Positions 48,701 through 58,319 of a stretch of 64,000 nucleotides of DNA are shown here, piece after piece. The first letter of the stretch is position 1; each line of letters opens with the position of its first letter. The stretch is from positions 27,523 to 91,522 of the forward strand of contig JAMHKV010000002.1 of NCBI GenBank assembly GCA_028439825.1, in the 5' to 3' direction. The translations under genes and the position numbers were made by a program. This stretch comes from Nitrosopumilus sp. (GTDB taxonomy: Archaea > Thermoproteota > Nitrososphaeria > Nitrososphaerales > Nitrosopumilaceae). Below the pieces are notes generated by a model. It did no database searches. It saw only the letters and a list, made by a program, of their open reading frames with translations, and was not told where the DNA came from.

Positions 48701-49174
48701 TTTTATGATTTTCATTTTACTCATTCAACTTCATCATTAACTACCTCAAAACCTCGAAGTGCATATTCAACATTAGGTTCAATGCTTGATAAATTTGATA
48801 TGCAAGTTAGAAATGCAGAATTAATTGATGTAGTTAATCCCTCCGAACTAGTTTCAAATGTTATTTCAACACATCTTGTTCCAGACATTATGGGTAATCT
48901 TCGAGCATATGCAAGGCAAAGTTTTAGGTGTACTGCATGTGGAAAATCTTATCGTCGAATGCCTCTTATTCAAACATGTGTTTGTGGCCACAAATTAATT
49001 GCAACAATTACAAGAGGCTCAGTTGAAAAATATCTTAAACTTGCAAAAAGACTAGTTGACAAATATGACGTTGGTGCATACCAGCGTGGAAGAATCTATG
49101 CTTTATCTGATGAAATAGATTTGGTTTTTGGTAAAAGTGAAGGAGATCAATCCCTTCTTACAGATTATGCATAG
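45797..49174 (+). CDS. polC: DNA polymerase D large subunit DP2 (no intein evident)
   Basis: AGPMRAAGGT, GGFRLRYGR, FKDGTIRFD, AKRRDADGDAD catalytic motif, Zn fingers. Confidence 0.97.
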   Translation: MSENDAISRIRHIDMPEYYLNYYSHLSTETYSIFEHAALAKSTLVDSSGIIEPKIAFDLADRVAKMHDIDIADHLREILKIKSKELSALILAKEIASGNYSLPDASLEDKLDLAVRVGLAIITEGVTIAPLQGISEVKIKKNKDGTDYLSVSIAGPMRAAGGTESAVTLLIADYVRQIAGLSKFQANSFDDETGRFVEELRIYEREASSFQFHILDEDIEHVISNLPVELAGVDTDPYEVVNHKGMTRIKTDRVRGGALRVLNDGLIGRSKKLLKRVEMYNLDGWEWLADLKGAVQTGDNQEDAAAKRMREVITGRSVLSMPNKLGGFRLRYGRACNTGFAAIGFHPVVAEILDHTIAVGTQVKIDIPGKGATVAFVDSIETPTVRLDNGDVVKIRDVKHGIEIKNKIEKILHLGDVLITFGDFLENNAQLIPSGYVEEIWIEELKLIIPKIETENEYLKQFLIKTPTIEEALKISLDFEFSLHPHYLYFWDKISSEELVQLLEPKSFNENNIEYPIKIKKILEKLGTPHKVKNESIILENEEAKIFFNLLFITKPIIDDSSVPQILTKSSKIKINNKFSTSVGIRIGRPEKASARQMKPPTHTLFPISDKGGPTRDLLKASRNEHFFANLHNRHCEQCNEPSLGIKCSKCGIKTVVTFRCNSCRDSLTEPYCEKCKRKAPAHSHKEFPLKARLLLAQEKMGIRAKEPFKGLKELISEDKIAEPLEKGLVRQSLGLTTFKDGTIRFDATNSPLTQFKPSWIGTSIEKLKELGYSHDIDGKPIESIDQTIELRMQDVVIPNESGRYLVSTCKYIDTLLVKFYGKTSFYNVKNTEELLGHLIIGLAPHTSVGIVGRIIGYTETHVCFATPNWHSAKRRDADGDADSIMLLMDSLLNFSRQYLSDRIGGLMDAPLLIQPLVLPHESQPQAHNLEVTKILPLDFFESTYQESKASDANSVEIIKSRIGTKRQFYDFHFTHSTSSLTTSKPRSAYSTLGSMLDKFDMQVRNAELIDVVNPSELVSNVISTHLVPDIMGNLRAYARQSFRCTACGKSYRRMPLIQTCVCGHKLIATITRGSVEKYLKLAKRLVDKYDVGAYQRGRIYALSDEIDLVFGKSEGDQSLLTDYA

Positions 49175-49176
49175 AA

Positions 49177-50499
49177 TTATCTTAATTTGACGTATTCGTA
49201 GGCACCAAGTTTGTTGTCAAAACAATATTTGACTTTTTGATATTCTTTTCTCCAAGATTTGACTTTTGGAAGAATCTTTTTTGGATCCTTTTTGTCTATG
49301 ATGATTTGTTTCATGAATGATGCAATCTCCTGCATTTCATTTTCTTTCATTCCTAATCTTGTAATTTCAGAAACACCTAATCTAATTCCACCAGGATGGA
49401 AATAATTTCTTCCAGCTTTAATATCTCCAGGAATAAGTTGTCTGTTTACGATTATGTTGGCTTTTTCTAATTCAGCTTCTACTTTACCGCCATCAAAATA
49501 ATCTAAAACATTAACTGCAATTTGATGTGATTGTGTGAACCCTCTACTTTCACCTAATACTTTGAATCCTGCATCACTTAATGCCACCGCAAATGATTTG
49601 GCATTTTTAATTACTTGTGTAGCATAATCTTTTCCAAATTCTAAAGCTTCTGCAAAGGCAACTGCTTTTCCTGCCATGTTGTTAATGTGATGACTACTTG
49701 TAAGACCTGGGAATGTTGCTTTCTTAATTGGCTCTTCATGTTCTTCAGAACCTAAAACCAATCCACCTTGAGGACCAAATAATGTTTTATGAGTACTCAT
49801 TGTCATTGTATCTGCACCTTCACGTAATGGATCTTGAAATTTACCGCCTGCAATTAATCCTGCAACATGTGCAGCATCATAATTGATGTGTATGTCATAG
49901 CTTTTAAGAAAATCTGATAATTCCTTAACTGGATGTGGGAATAAAAATAATGAACCCCCAAACATTGCCATTTTAGGAAGACGATTATTTTTTTCTAATT
50001 CCTTAACTTTTGCTTTAGTTTTATCAACATCAATTGTCATTTCTTCAGCATTAAATGGGTAAAACTCAATTTCTAATCCGTGAACTAATCCAGCAGTTCC
50101 AGAATGTTCTTTTTTACCGTGTGAAATATGACCCCCTGCAGGAATGGATGGTGCAATCATGATATCCCCTGGATCTGAATAAGCTGAATATACTGCCAAA
50201 TTTGCAATTACACCAGAAATTGGTCTAACATCAGCAAATTTGCATTTGTATAGCTTTTTAGCTAATTTCATACATTCAAACTCTACCTCATCAATGTAGA
50301 TACAACCAGCATAGACTCTTTCTCCAGGCCAGCCTTCTGCATACCTATTACCAAAATCAGAAATAATTGCTTCTCTAACTGCCGGACTAGGAATATTTTC
50401 ACTGGCAATTAGCGGTATGGAATTTTCAAACCATTTGTGATGCTCTTTTAATTTTGTAAATATTTTATTATAAGATTCCTTATTTTGTGACTTTACCAT
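49177..50499 (-). CDS. glyA: serine hydroxymethyltransferase
   Basis: LIASEN, YAEGWPG.R.YAG, STHKTLFGPQGG. Confidence 0.97.
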   Translation of the reverse strand: MVKSQNKESYNKIFTKLKEHHKWFENSIPLIASENIPSPAVREAIISDFGNRYAEGWPGERVYAGCIYIDEVEFECMKLAKKLYKCKFADVRPISGVIANLAVYSAYSDPGDIMIAPSIPAGGHISHGKKEHSGTAGLVHGLEIEFYPFNAEEMTIDVDKTKAKVKELEKNNRLPKMAMFGGSLFLFPHPVKELSDFLKSYDIHINYDAAHVAGLIAGGKFQDPLREGADTMTMSTHKTLFGPQGGLVLGSEEHEEPIKKATFPGLTSSHHINNMAGKAVAFAEALEFGKDYATQVIKNAKSFAVALSDAGFKVLGESRGFTQSHQIAVNVLDYFDGGKVEAELEKANIIVNRQLIPGDIKAGRNYFHPGGIRLGVSEITRLGMKENEMQEIASFMKQIIIDKKDPKKILPKVKSWRKEYQKVKYCFDNKLGAYEYVKLR

Positions 50500-50603
50500 A
50501 TTTGGTAATTTATTTTTCCCAATTTAAAAACACCGATACAAGATTATTATTTTTTAATCCTGATCTGGAAGGTATAAAAGGGGAATCTGGAGTTTTGCCA
50601 TTT

Positions 50604-52310
50604 ATGGGTATGCAAGCAACTTCAAAAGGAACTATGCCTGTTGTCTTACTGAAAGAAGGCGGTACAGAAACCAAGGGTAAAGAGGCTCAAAAAAACAACA
50701 TTGCAGCAGCTAAAATTATTGCCGAAATTGTTCATACCAGTTTAGGTCCACGTGGAATGGACAAAATGCTAGTTGATTCCCTAGGCGACGTTACAATTAC
50801 AAATGATGGTGCTACTATTCTTAAAGAAATCGATGTTCAACACCCAGCAGCAAAAATGCTAGTTGAAATTTCTAAAACTACTGACAATGAAGTAGGTGAT
50901 GGAACAACTTCTGCTGTTATTTTAGCAGGCTCATTACTAGAACATGCTGAATCCTTAATTGATCAAGATGTACATCCAACAATTATTGTTGATGGATATA
51001 AAAAAGCCGCAAGAAAAACTAAAGAATTTCTTGAAGAAATTGCAGATACCATTTCCCCAGTTGATAAAAACATGTTAAGAAAAATTGCACATACTTCAAT
51101 GCAAACTAAATTAGTTAGAAAAGATTCTGATTTGCTTGCAGAAATAATTGTAAAATCTGTAGTCGCTGTTTCTGAAAAAGAAGGTGAAAATTATCAAGTT
51201 GATATTGATGATATTAAAGTAGAAAAGAAAGCAGGAGGATCAATTAAAGATTCTTCTATCATTGAGGGTATTGTTCTTGACAAGGAGATTGTTCATGGAG
51301 GTATGCCAAGATCAATTGCTGATGCAAAAATTGCATTAATTAACACCGCATTAGAAATTAGTAAAACTGAAACTGATGCAAAAATTAACATTTCAAATCC
51401 TCAACAACTAAAATCATTTTTAGACGAAGAAAATAAAATGCTAAAAACAATGGTTGACAAAGTCATTGGTTCTGGTGCAAATGTAGTATTATGTCAAAAA
51501 GGACTTGATGACATGGCACAACATTATCTAGCTAAAGCAGGAATTATTGCAGTTAGAAGAATTAAAGAAAGTGATCTTACTAAACTTGCAAAAGCAACTG
51601 GTGCAAGAATTGTAACAAACCTTGATGATTTATTTGAAAAAGATTTAGGCAGTGCAGCAATTGTTGAAGAAAGAAAAATTGAAGAAGACAAATGGGTTTT
51701 CATTGAAGGTTGTAAACATCCTAAATCTGTAACGTTACTTTTACGCGCTGGTTCTCAAAGAGTGGTAGATGAAGTTGAACGCTCTGTTCATGACGCATTA
51801 ATGGTAGTAAAAGATGTAATTGAAAAACCACAAATTGTTGCAGGTGGCGGTGCCCCTGAAACATATGCTTCAACAAAATTACGAGGTTGGGCAAAATCTT
51901 TGGAAGGAAGAGAGCAATTAGCTGCAGAGAAATTTGCAGATGCATTAGAATCAATTCCACTATGTCTTGCAGAAAATGCAGGTATGGATCCAATTGATAC
52001 TCTTACCCTTCTTCGTTCTAAACAACAAAAAGGAGAAAAATGGACCGGAATTGATGTTATGAAAGGAAAAATTGGAAATATGAAATCAAGTGACATTATT
52101 GAACCACTTGCAGTTAAACTTCAAATTGTTTCAGCAGCAGCAGAAGCAGCATGTATGCTTCTCAGAATAGATGATGTAATCGCCACCCAAAGTTCTGGTG
52201 GCGGTGGAGGAGAAGGAGGAATGCCACCTGGAATGGGTGGAATGCCACCTGGAATGGGTGGAATGCCACCTGGAATGGGTGGAATGCCTGATATGGGCGG
52301 AATGATGTAA
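50604..52310 (+). CDS. thermosome (group II chaperonin) subunit; start at MGMQ
   Basis: [27 protein letters not shown]-rich tail; the track's upstream extension overlaps glyA. Confidence 0.97.
   Translation: MGMQATSKGTMPVVLLKEGGTETKGKEAQKNNIAAAKIIAEIVHTSLGPRGMDKMLVDSLGDVTITNDGATILKEIDVQHPAAKMLVEISKTTDNEVGDGTTSAVILAGSLLEHAESLIDQDVHPTIIVDGYKKAARKTKEFLEEIADTISPVDKNMLRKIAHTSMQTKLVRKDSDLLAEIIVKSVVAVSEKEGENYQVDIDDIKVEKKAGGSIKDSSIIEGIVLDKEIVHGGMPRSIADAKIALINTALEISKTETDAKINISNPQQLKSFLDEENKMLKTMVDKVIGSGANVVLCQKGLDDMAQHYLAKAGIIAVRRIKESDLTKLAKATGARIVTNLDDLFEKDLGSAAIVEERKIEEDKWVFIEGCKHPKSVTLLLRAGSQRVVDEVERSVHDALMVVKDVIEKPQIVAGGGAPETYASTKLRGWAKSLEGREQLAAEKFADALESIPLCLAENAGMDPIDTLTLLRSKQQKGEKWTGIDVMKGKIGNMKSSDIIEPLAVKLQIVSAAAEAACMLLRIDDVIATQSSGGGGGEGGMPPGMGGMPPGMGGMPPGMGGMPDMGGMM
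52218..52288 (+). repeat. 21-bp tandem repeat (about 3.4 copies) encoding GMPPGMG
   Basis: GGAATGCCACCTGGAATGGGT at 52218, 52239 and 52260. Confidence 0.95.
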
Positions 52311-52368
52311 GATTATTTTAAAAAATTTCTTCCTTCAAAAGTTTATTTTATAACTATAATTACAAATC

Positions 52369-52650
52369 ATGATGAGTAATATTTTATCAAAAGGACTATC
52401 AAGTTTAAAGTATGTTTATCTGATTGTATTTTTTGCACTACTCTCTGGTTTTTTTCATCCATTAATTACCGGTCAAAGTTTTGACGTGGTAATTTATGGT
52501 ATTTTTATTTTATTTGTAGGTCTTGCTGGTTGTATTTTATTATACAAAACTACTACATCTGAAAATAAAAAATTAATATTTTTTGTATCCGGATTTAGTT
52601 TAATAATAATTTCACTTTATTTTATTTTTCAGATGACTGGAAGAGTCTAA
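52369..52650 (+). CDS. small membrane protein (3 TM)
   Basis: hydrophobic 93-aa ORF. Confidence 0.7.
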   Translation: MMSNILSKGLSSLKYVYLIVFFALLSGFFHPLITGQSFDVVIYGIFILFVGLAGCILLYKTTTSENKKLIFFVSGFSLIIISLYFIFQMTGRV

Positions 52651-54107
52651 ACATCAAAGTATAGATAAAATTCGTGTGGGTGTGGTCTAATTGAAATTTC
52701 TCTTTGATCTCTTCTTTCTAATTCAATAATTTTATCAATTACATCATTAGTATAAATTGGATTTAAGAATTTTCTATCACTTTCTAATTCATCTAATGCT
52801 TCGCCAAGACTTTTTGGTAAAACTCCAATTCCACGTTTAGCTCTATCTGATTTTGTCATTTTAAATATATCATCACGTACTTGATCACCTGGATCCATTT
52901 TCTTTTTAATTCCGTCCATTCCAGCTGCTGTTACTGCTGCAAATACAAGATATGGGTTTGATGAAGGGTCTGGTGCTCTAAACTCTAATCTTTTTAATTT
53001 AGAATGTTGTTTTCCTTTCAAATGTTTAGGAACTCTTACAATAGCTGAACGATTTCCTGCACTCCATGCGATGTATGCTGGTGCTTCATATCCTGGAACT
53101 AATCTGTGATATGAATTGGTAGTAGGATTACAAATTGCAGATAATGCTTTTGCGTGATTAATGATTCCGCCACAGAAATATCTGCCAACTTGACTTAATT
53201 CAATTTCATCATCAGGATCATAAAATGCATTTTCCTTTCCTTTCCATAAACTAACATTAACGTGCATTCCAGAACCTGCATCCATTGCAATTGGTTTTGG
53301 CATGCATGTTGCAACTTTTCCATATTTTTGTGCAACATTTTTGATTACATATTTGTAAGACTGTGCAGCATCTGCAGCATTTGTCATATGATCATACATG
53401 ATATCAATTTCACATTGTCCTGCAGTTGCAACTTCATGGTGGTGATTATCACACAAAATTCCAAAATTATTACTTAAAATATTTACACACTCATTTCTGT
53501 ACGGTGTTAGAGTATCTGCAGGTGGTGAAGGATAATATCCTTCTTGTAATCCCATTGGATATCCATCTCCGGTTTGACTCCATGGTGCTTCTGCTGATTC
53601 AATTGAATATGATTGTCCTTTGTACGGCGTTAAAACATCCCAATGAACTTTATCAAATACAAAAAATTCTACCTCTGGACCCCAGGTACTAAAATCAAAT
53701 CCTTGAGTTTTAATATATTCTTCAGCTTTTTGAGAAATCCCTCTAGGATCTCGAGATAATCTTCCTCTGCCTTCACCCCAGTGCACATCACAAAGAAGTC
53801 TAGCCGTTTTATTTTCAGTCATCCAAGGAATAATTGCAAATGTATTTGGATCTGGTTTTAACAATAAATCTGAATCTTCAATTGATGTAAAACCTATAAT
53901 TGATGAACCATCCAATTTTGGTAATCCATCCCTCATTTGTTCGGGGGTGAAAGTGCTTGCTGTAATTGTAGTATGATGGAAATGACCTGTAAGTCCTGTA
54001 AATTGTAAATCGATAAATTGAATACCCTCATGCTGGATTCTTGAGAAAACTTCATCAACTGAGTAGGTTGTTTGGACTGCTTTTCCGTGGCTAACTTTGT
54101 ATGGCAA
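52647..54107 (-). CDS. glnA: glutamine synthetase type I
   Basis: DGSSI.GF, HHEVATAGQCEI, MPKP....GSGMH, NSYHRLVPGYEAP, RLEFRAPD. Confidence 0.98.
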   Translation of the reverse strand: MPYKVSHGKAVQTTYSVDEVFSRIQHEGIQFIDLQFTGLTGHFHHTTITASTFTPEQMRDGLPKLDGSSIIGFTSIEDSDLLLKPDPNTFAIIPWMTENKTARLLCDVHWGEGRGRLSRDPRGISQKAEEYIKTQGFDFSTWGPEVEFFVFDKVHWDVLTPYKGQSYSIESAEAPWSQTGDGYPMGLQEGYYPSPPADTLTPYRNECVNILSNNFGILCDNHHHEVATAGQCEIDIMYDHMTNAADAAQSYKYVIKNVAQKYGKVATCMPKPIAMDAGSGMHVNVSLWKGKENAFYDPDDEIELSQVGRYFCGGIINHAKALSAICNPTTNSYHRLVPGYEAPAYIAWSAGNRSAIVRVPKHLKGKQHSKLKRLEFRAPDPSSNPYLVFAAVTAAGMDGIKKKMDPGDQVRDDIFKMTKSDRAKRGIGVLPKSLGEALDELESDRKFLNPIYTNDVIDKIIELERRDQREISIRPHPHEFYLYFDV

Positions 54108-54162
54108 TTTTTATACTTCAATCAAACACAAATACAACCAGCATTTAAGGATTAGCTAGAAT

Positions 54163-54720
54163 ATGTCTGAACCAAACCAAATTGATATCAATTCATTACA
54201 TCATACAGTTTTACTAGAAACTGAGAATGATTTGTTGTTAGAAATCAAACCAAATTTTTATCGAAACTTATCTGATTTTATTGGAAATTTAAGAAAACAA
54301 GAATTTGATGGTGTAGAAAATAAAATTAAAGACACTATGATAGAAATGGCAACTGAATTAACATCATTATTGATACATATCAGATTAGAAAAAATTTCTA
54401 ATTCTGATAATTTTGACATTAGTCACCTTCTTGACGAAGAAAAATTCATTTTAGATTCACATGAAGAACAAAATGAAAGAATAGAGATGATTCTATCTGC
54501 AACAATTAGCGGAAAATCAAAATTTCTTGAATCATTAGCGGAAAATCATAAAATAAAGAAAGTAGTAATTAGATTTCTTAGCGATGTTGATGAAATTATA
54601 GGTGCAGATCTTGAAAGATACGGTCCGTTTAAGGTTGAAGATATAGCTACAATTCCATATGAAAATGCTCAGGCTTTAATTGCCAAAAAAATTGCAATTA
54701 AGGTTAGGTGGGAAGATTAG
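54163..54720 (+). CDS. GINS complex subunit (Gins51/15 type, A-domain then B-domain)
   Basis: P.FY, IRLEKI, L..EEK; C-terminal IIGADL..YGPF..EDIA.IP..NA..L. Confidence 0.8.
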   Translation: MSEPNQIDINSLHHTVLLETENDLLLEIKPNFYRNLSDFIGNLRKQEFDGVENKIKDTMIEMATELTSLLIHIRLEKISNSDNFDISHLLDEEKFILDSHEEQNERIEMILSATISGKSKFLESLAENHKIKKVVIRFLSDVDEIIGADLERYGPFKVEDIATIPYENAQALIAKKIAIKVRWED

Positions 54721-54751
54721 GTAGAAATTATACCCACTATCACTATAAGCT

Positions 54752-55036
54752 ATGTCTCATACTGGAGTAGAAGTTTTTGATTATCTTTTATATACAATTT
54801 ATCCAGTAATTGGAATTTTCATCGTTGAAATGATTAGTAGATTAATCAAAGCTCCAAAATGGATTAAACTTTGGACTCAGGCAGTTGTATCTGTATCTTT
54901 TGGTATTTACTATTGGTTCATCTTACCCGCACCACAAAATTTTCCATTGACTGCAATGGTCATGTTTGCATTAGCAATTGCTTTAGTCTATCAAGGAAGA
55001 CGTGCAAAAATTTCTCCTGAAAAAAGCCCTTATTGA
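54752..55036 (+). CDS. small membrane protein
   Basis: three hydrophobic segments. Confidence 0.7.
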   Translation: MSHTGVEVFDYLLYTIYPVIGIFIVEMISRLIKAPKWIKLWTQAVVSVSFGIYYWFILPAPQNFPLTAMVMFALAIALVYQGRRAKISPEKSPY

Positions 55037-55038
55037 TT

Positions 55039-55260
55039 TTAAGATTTTCCAAAAATTCGTTTAAAGATACTTCCCTTGCTTTTACTTCCATCACGAATTA
55101 TTTTTCTCTCTCCAAATCTTTCTGATCTAATTTGGCGTAATTTTACACATCTGTGTTCTTCTGGAAGTCTATGTTCTGCACAAAATGGATCCTTGCAATA
55201 ACTACAATGAAATGGCATCTCTGTCATATCTCCACAATAAGCACAATTTTCAGATATCAT
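55039..55260 (-). CDS. AN1-type zinc-finger protein
   Basis: CAYC...PFHCSYCKDPFCAEHRLPEEHRC. Confidence 0.9.
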   Translation of the reverse strand: MISENCAYCGDMTEMPFHCSYCKDPFCAEHRLPEEHRCVKLRQIRSERFGERKIIRDGSKSKGSIFKRIFGKS

Positions 55261-55368
55261 ATGTTAGCATAGGTTTTTTCTTTTAAAAAAGTTGTTAGAT
55301 TATTTTTTTAAGATTATACTAGTTTTCTAAACATTTTTAGTATTGCTTTATCAAAATGTAGATGTTAT

Positions 55369-56112
55369 ATGATGATTAATGGTAAAGTTGCAATAATTAC
55401 TGGAGCAAGTAGCGGTATTGGGGAAGCTACTGCCTTAACTCTAGCTAAAGCTGGTGTTAAGGTTGCAATTGGTGCTAGAAGAATAGGAAGATTAGAAGAA
55501 TTATCAAAAAAAATTATTGCTAACGGCGGAGAAGTATTCTTTCAAAAATTGGATGTAACAAAAAACGAAGAATGTAAAAATTTTGCTAAAGCAGTTTTAG
55601 ACAAATGGGGTTCAATTGATATTTTAGTAAATAACGCAGGTCTAATGCCATTAAGTTTTTTCAAAAATCTCAAAGTAGATGAATGGGATAGAATGATAGA
55701 TGTAAACATCAAAGGCGTGTTATACTGTACAGGCTCAGTTATTTCTCATATGAAAGAAAAAAAATCTGGACATATAGTTAATATTTCATCTGTAGCTGGC
55801 AGAGTTGTATTTCCAGCAGGTAGTGTTTATTGTGCAACAAAATTTGCCGTGGCAGCATTTACTGAAGGATTAAGACAAGAATTTAGCGTTCGCTCAAACA
55901 TTAGAGTAACTAGCATTGAACCTGGAATAGTTGCAACAGAACTAACTGATACAATAACTGACGAATCCCTTCAGCAATTTGTAGAGCATGGAAAAAAGAT
56001 GGAAACATTACAAGCACAAGATATTGCTAATGCAATCTTGTATGCTGTAGATTCTCCATCACATGTTAATGTCAACGAAATTTTGATTAGACCTACATCC
56101 CAAGAAAAATAA
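55369..56112 (+). CDS. short-chain dehydrogenase/reductase
   Basis: TGASSGIG, NNAG, YCATK. Confidence 0.95.
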   Translation: MMINGKVAIITGASSGIGEATALTLAKAGVKVAIGARRIGRLEELSKKIIANGGEVFFQKLDVTKNEECKNFAKAVLDKWGSIDILVNNAGLMPLSFFKNLKVDEWDRMIDVNIKGVLYCTGSVISHMKEKKSGHIVNISSVAGRVVFPAGSVYCATKFAVAAFTEGLRQEFSVRSNIRVTSIEPGIVATELTDTITDESLQQFVEHGKKMETLQAQDIANAILYAVDSPSHVNVNEILIRPTSQEK

Positions 56113-56113
56113 G

Positions 56114-57262
56114 TTGTCAAATATTCCACATGTTGTAATTTTAGGTGGAGGATTTGGTGGTCTTTCTGCAGCGAATGAAATAAGAAATTCATTAGATTCA
56201 TCTAAAGTAAAAATTACAATTATTGATAAAAAAGACTGGTTTATGGTTGGATATGCAAAATTATGGATAATGAATGGAACTAGAACTTTTGAAAATTCTA
56301 TTGGCTCATTAAATGAACTACCAAAAAAACAAATTAATTTTATTAAAGATGAAATTATTGAAATTAATTATAATGATAATTTTGTAAAAACAAATTCTGA
56401 AAATATTTCATTTGATTTTCTTATCATTTCAATGGGGGCAGTATTGGCACCAGAAAGAGTTCCAGGTTTAGTAGAAAATGGATTTAATTTGTATGATCAT
56501 AATCAGCTTGATGAGATTCATCAAAAATTAGATAAAATAGAATCTGGAAAAATTGCTATTGTAATTATGGCCATGCCTTACAAATGCCCTCCAGCACCTT
56601 TTGAGGCTAGTTTGCTAGTTGATTCGATGCTTAGAAAGAGAGGAATACGAGATTCTGTACAAATTGACTTTTACAGTCCTGCTCCAATTACACTACCTGC
56701 AGCAGGTCCTGAAGTAAGTAAAAAAATTCTTGATTTAGTAAATTCAGAAAAAATCACTTTTCATAATTCTAAAAAAATTATTCGTGTAGAACCTAAAAAA
56801 TTAATTTTTGAAAATGATGAATACAGTTTTGATATTCTTTTAGCAATTCCACCACATATTGCACCTAAAGTTATCTATGATTCTAATTTAGCAAAGGAGC
56901 CCGGATTTATTCCAATTAATAGAGATTGTAAAACACCGTATGAAAATATTTTTGCAGTTGGCGATGTTACAAGCTTAGTTGTTACTGATTCAATGGCAGT
57001 ACCTAAAGCAGGAATTTTTGCAGAAGGGGAAGGAATTGCAGTTGCAAAAAATATTGTCTTAAAACTTGAATCAAAAGAATCATCAGCTTTGTTTGATGGT
57101 AAAGGTGGATGCTTTTTAGAATCTGGTAGAGATACAGCTTCAATAATTGAAGTAGACATGTTTGCAGATCCAAAACCTTCTACTCGTTTAACAGAATCCA
57201 CCAAAGACAATCTTTCTAAAAAATTAGATTTTGAAAAAGAAAGATTATCAAAATGGCTATGA
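56114..57262 (+). CDS. sulfide:quinone oxidoreductase-like flavoprotein
   Basis: GGGFGG, YKCPPAPFE, FAVGD, PKAG.FA, GGCFLE. Confidence 0.8.
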   Translation: MSNIPHVVILGGGFGGLSAANEIRNSLDSSKVKITIIDKKDWFMVGYAKLWIMNGTRTFENSIGSLNELPKKQINFIKDEIIEINYNDNFVKTNSENISFDFLIISMGAVLAPERVPGLVENGFNLYDHNQLDEIHQKLDKIESGKIAIVIMAMPYKCPPAPFEASLLVDSMLRKRGIRDSVQIDFYSPAPITLPAAGPEVSKKILDLVNSEKITFHNSKKIIRVEPKKLIFENDEYSFDILLAIPPHIAPKVIYDSNLAKEPGFIPINRDCKTPYENIFAVGDVTSLVVTDSMAVPKAGIFAEGEGIAVAKNIVLKLESKESSALFDGKGGCFLESGRDTASIIEVDMFADPKPSTRLTESTKDNLSKKLDFEKERLSKWL

Positions 57263-57472
57263 ACTATCTTTTTGATTTGTTTCTCTAGTTAGGTGTCCCA
57301 ATATAGCTTTTATTTCAACTCCTAAATCTTGATTATTTTTTGATAAATTTAGTTTTTCAGTAAGTTCATTTTTAAAATTTTCATCTTCTAATTCTATACT
57401 TCTTTTTTGAACACAGTCAATATGATCTTTATCTGTAGCTGAAATTTTATGACAAATATTACATAATTTCAT
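57257..57472 (-). CDS. small hypothetical protein (CxxC...HxxC)
   Basis: MKLCNICHK....DHIDC. Confidence 0.55.
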   Translation of the reverse strand: MKLCNICHKISATDKDHIDCVQKRSIELEDENFKNELTEKLNLSKNNQDLGVEIKAILGHLTRETNQKDSS

Positions 57473-57557
57473 AATTTCTATTTGTTTATGGGACGATTTA
57501 ATAATTTCATTTTATGCCTGTGCTAGGTATCTGCAGGCTCAAATTCTGCTAATTCCA

Positions 57558-58319
57558 TTATAATTTCAATATTTTGAGTAAATTTTCAAAATTTTCTCGT
57601 GTTTTTTCTAGCTTGTATGATTTTAAAGCATCAATAATTTTTTCTTTAGAAGAATTTTTATAAATTTTTTGAGATTGTTTTGCAATACCTGATCCAATAA
57701 AGAATGCTTGAGTAATTGATGTTACATTTGAGGGCTTTCTTTTTGTACTAGAACTTTCAAAATCAATTAGAGAAACTTTTGTTTTACCTACAATAACATG
57801 TTTTGAAATATTACTTAATTCGCCATGGTCAAATCCAATTTGATCTAATCTATAACAATCTTCTAAAGCACTTTTTATTGTAAATTTTAATTGTTTTACA
57901 CTACCGGTACCTTTTAACATTTCAATCCAACCACTAAATTTTTCTCCTTCAAGATACTCCATAACTAAAAAATTTTTACTCACATCAATTATTTTTGGAC
58001 CAACATTAACCGAATTTACTAATTTTAACAATACTGATTCATTTTTCATATTTTTTCTTTGAGAATCAATTCTTCTAATTTTTAGTGCAACTTCTTTATT
58101 TCCTCTTTTTACAAGTACTACAACTCCAACGTACCCCTTTCCTAAAATTTCTAAATTTCCAATTTTGGTAGGACCAGTAAAACAAACTGATTTTATTTTC
58201 AATTTTTCTAATTCATTAATTCTTGATTTAATTTGACGATTAGTTGCATTTGGATATCCTAAAACATTTGAGTATGGTTTTTCTGCAAGTTTTTTAATTG
58301 AAATGAAGGAGTGTGCCAT
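57558..58319 (-). CDS. RIO/Bud32-like Ser/Thr protein kinase
   Basis: LGKG..G.V, VALKI, MEY..G, HGEL, IDFE. Confidence 0.88.
   Translation of the reverse strand: MAHSFISIKKLAEKPYSNVLGYPNATNRQIKSRINELEKLKIKSVCFTGPTKIGNLEILGKGYVGVVVLVKRGNKEVALKIRRIDSQRKNMKNESVLLKLVNSVNVGPKIIDVSKNFLVMEYLEGEKFSGWIEMLKGTGSVKQLKFTIKSALEDCYRLDQIGFDHGELSNISKHVIVGKTKVSLIDFESSSTKRKPSNVTSITQAFFIGSGIAKQSQKIYKNSSKEKIIDALKSYKLEKTRENFENLLKILKL

Noticed and set aside
45797-49174. Possible intein in DP2
   Set aside because: Length of 1125 aa is normal and no intein splice motifs were seen.
50487-50603. 39-aa N-terminal extension of the thermosome
   Set aside because: Overlaps the glyA start and the divergent promoter region; ATG at 50604 fits the family.
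52218-52288. 21-bp tandem repeat as a novel element
   Set aside because: Ordinary GGM-rich chaperonin C-terminal tail.
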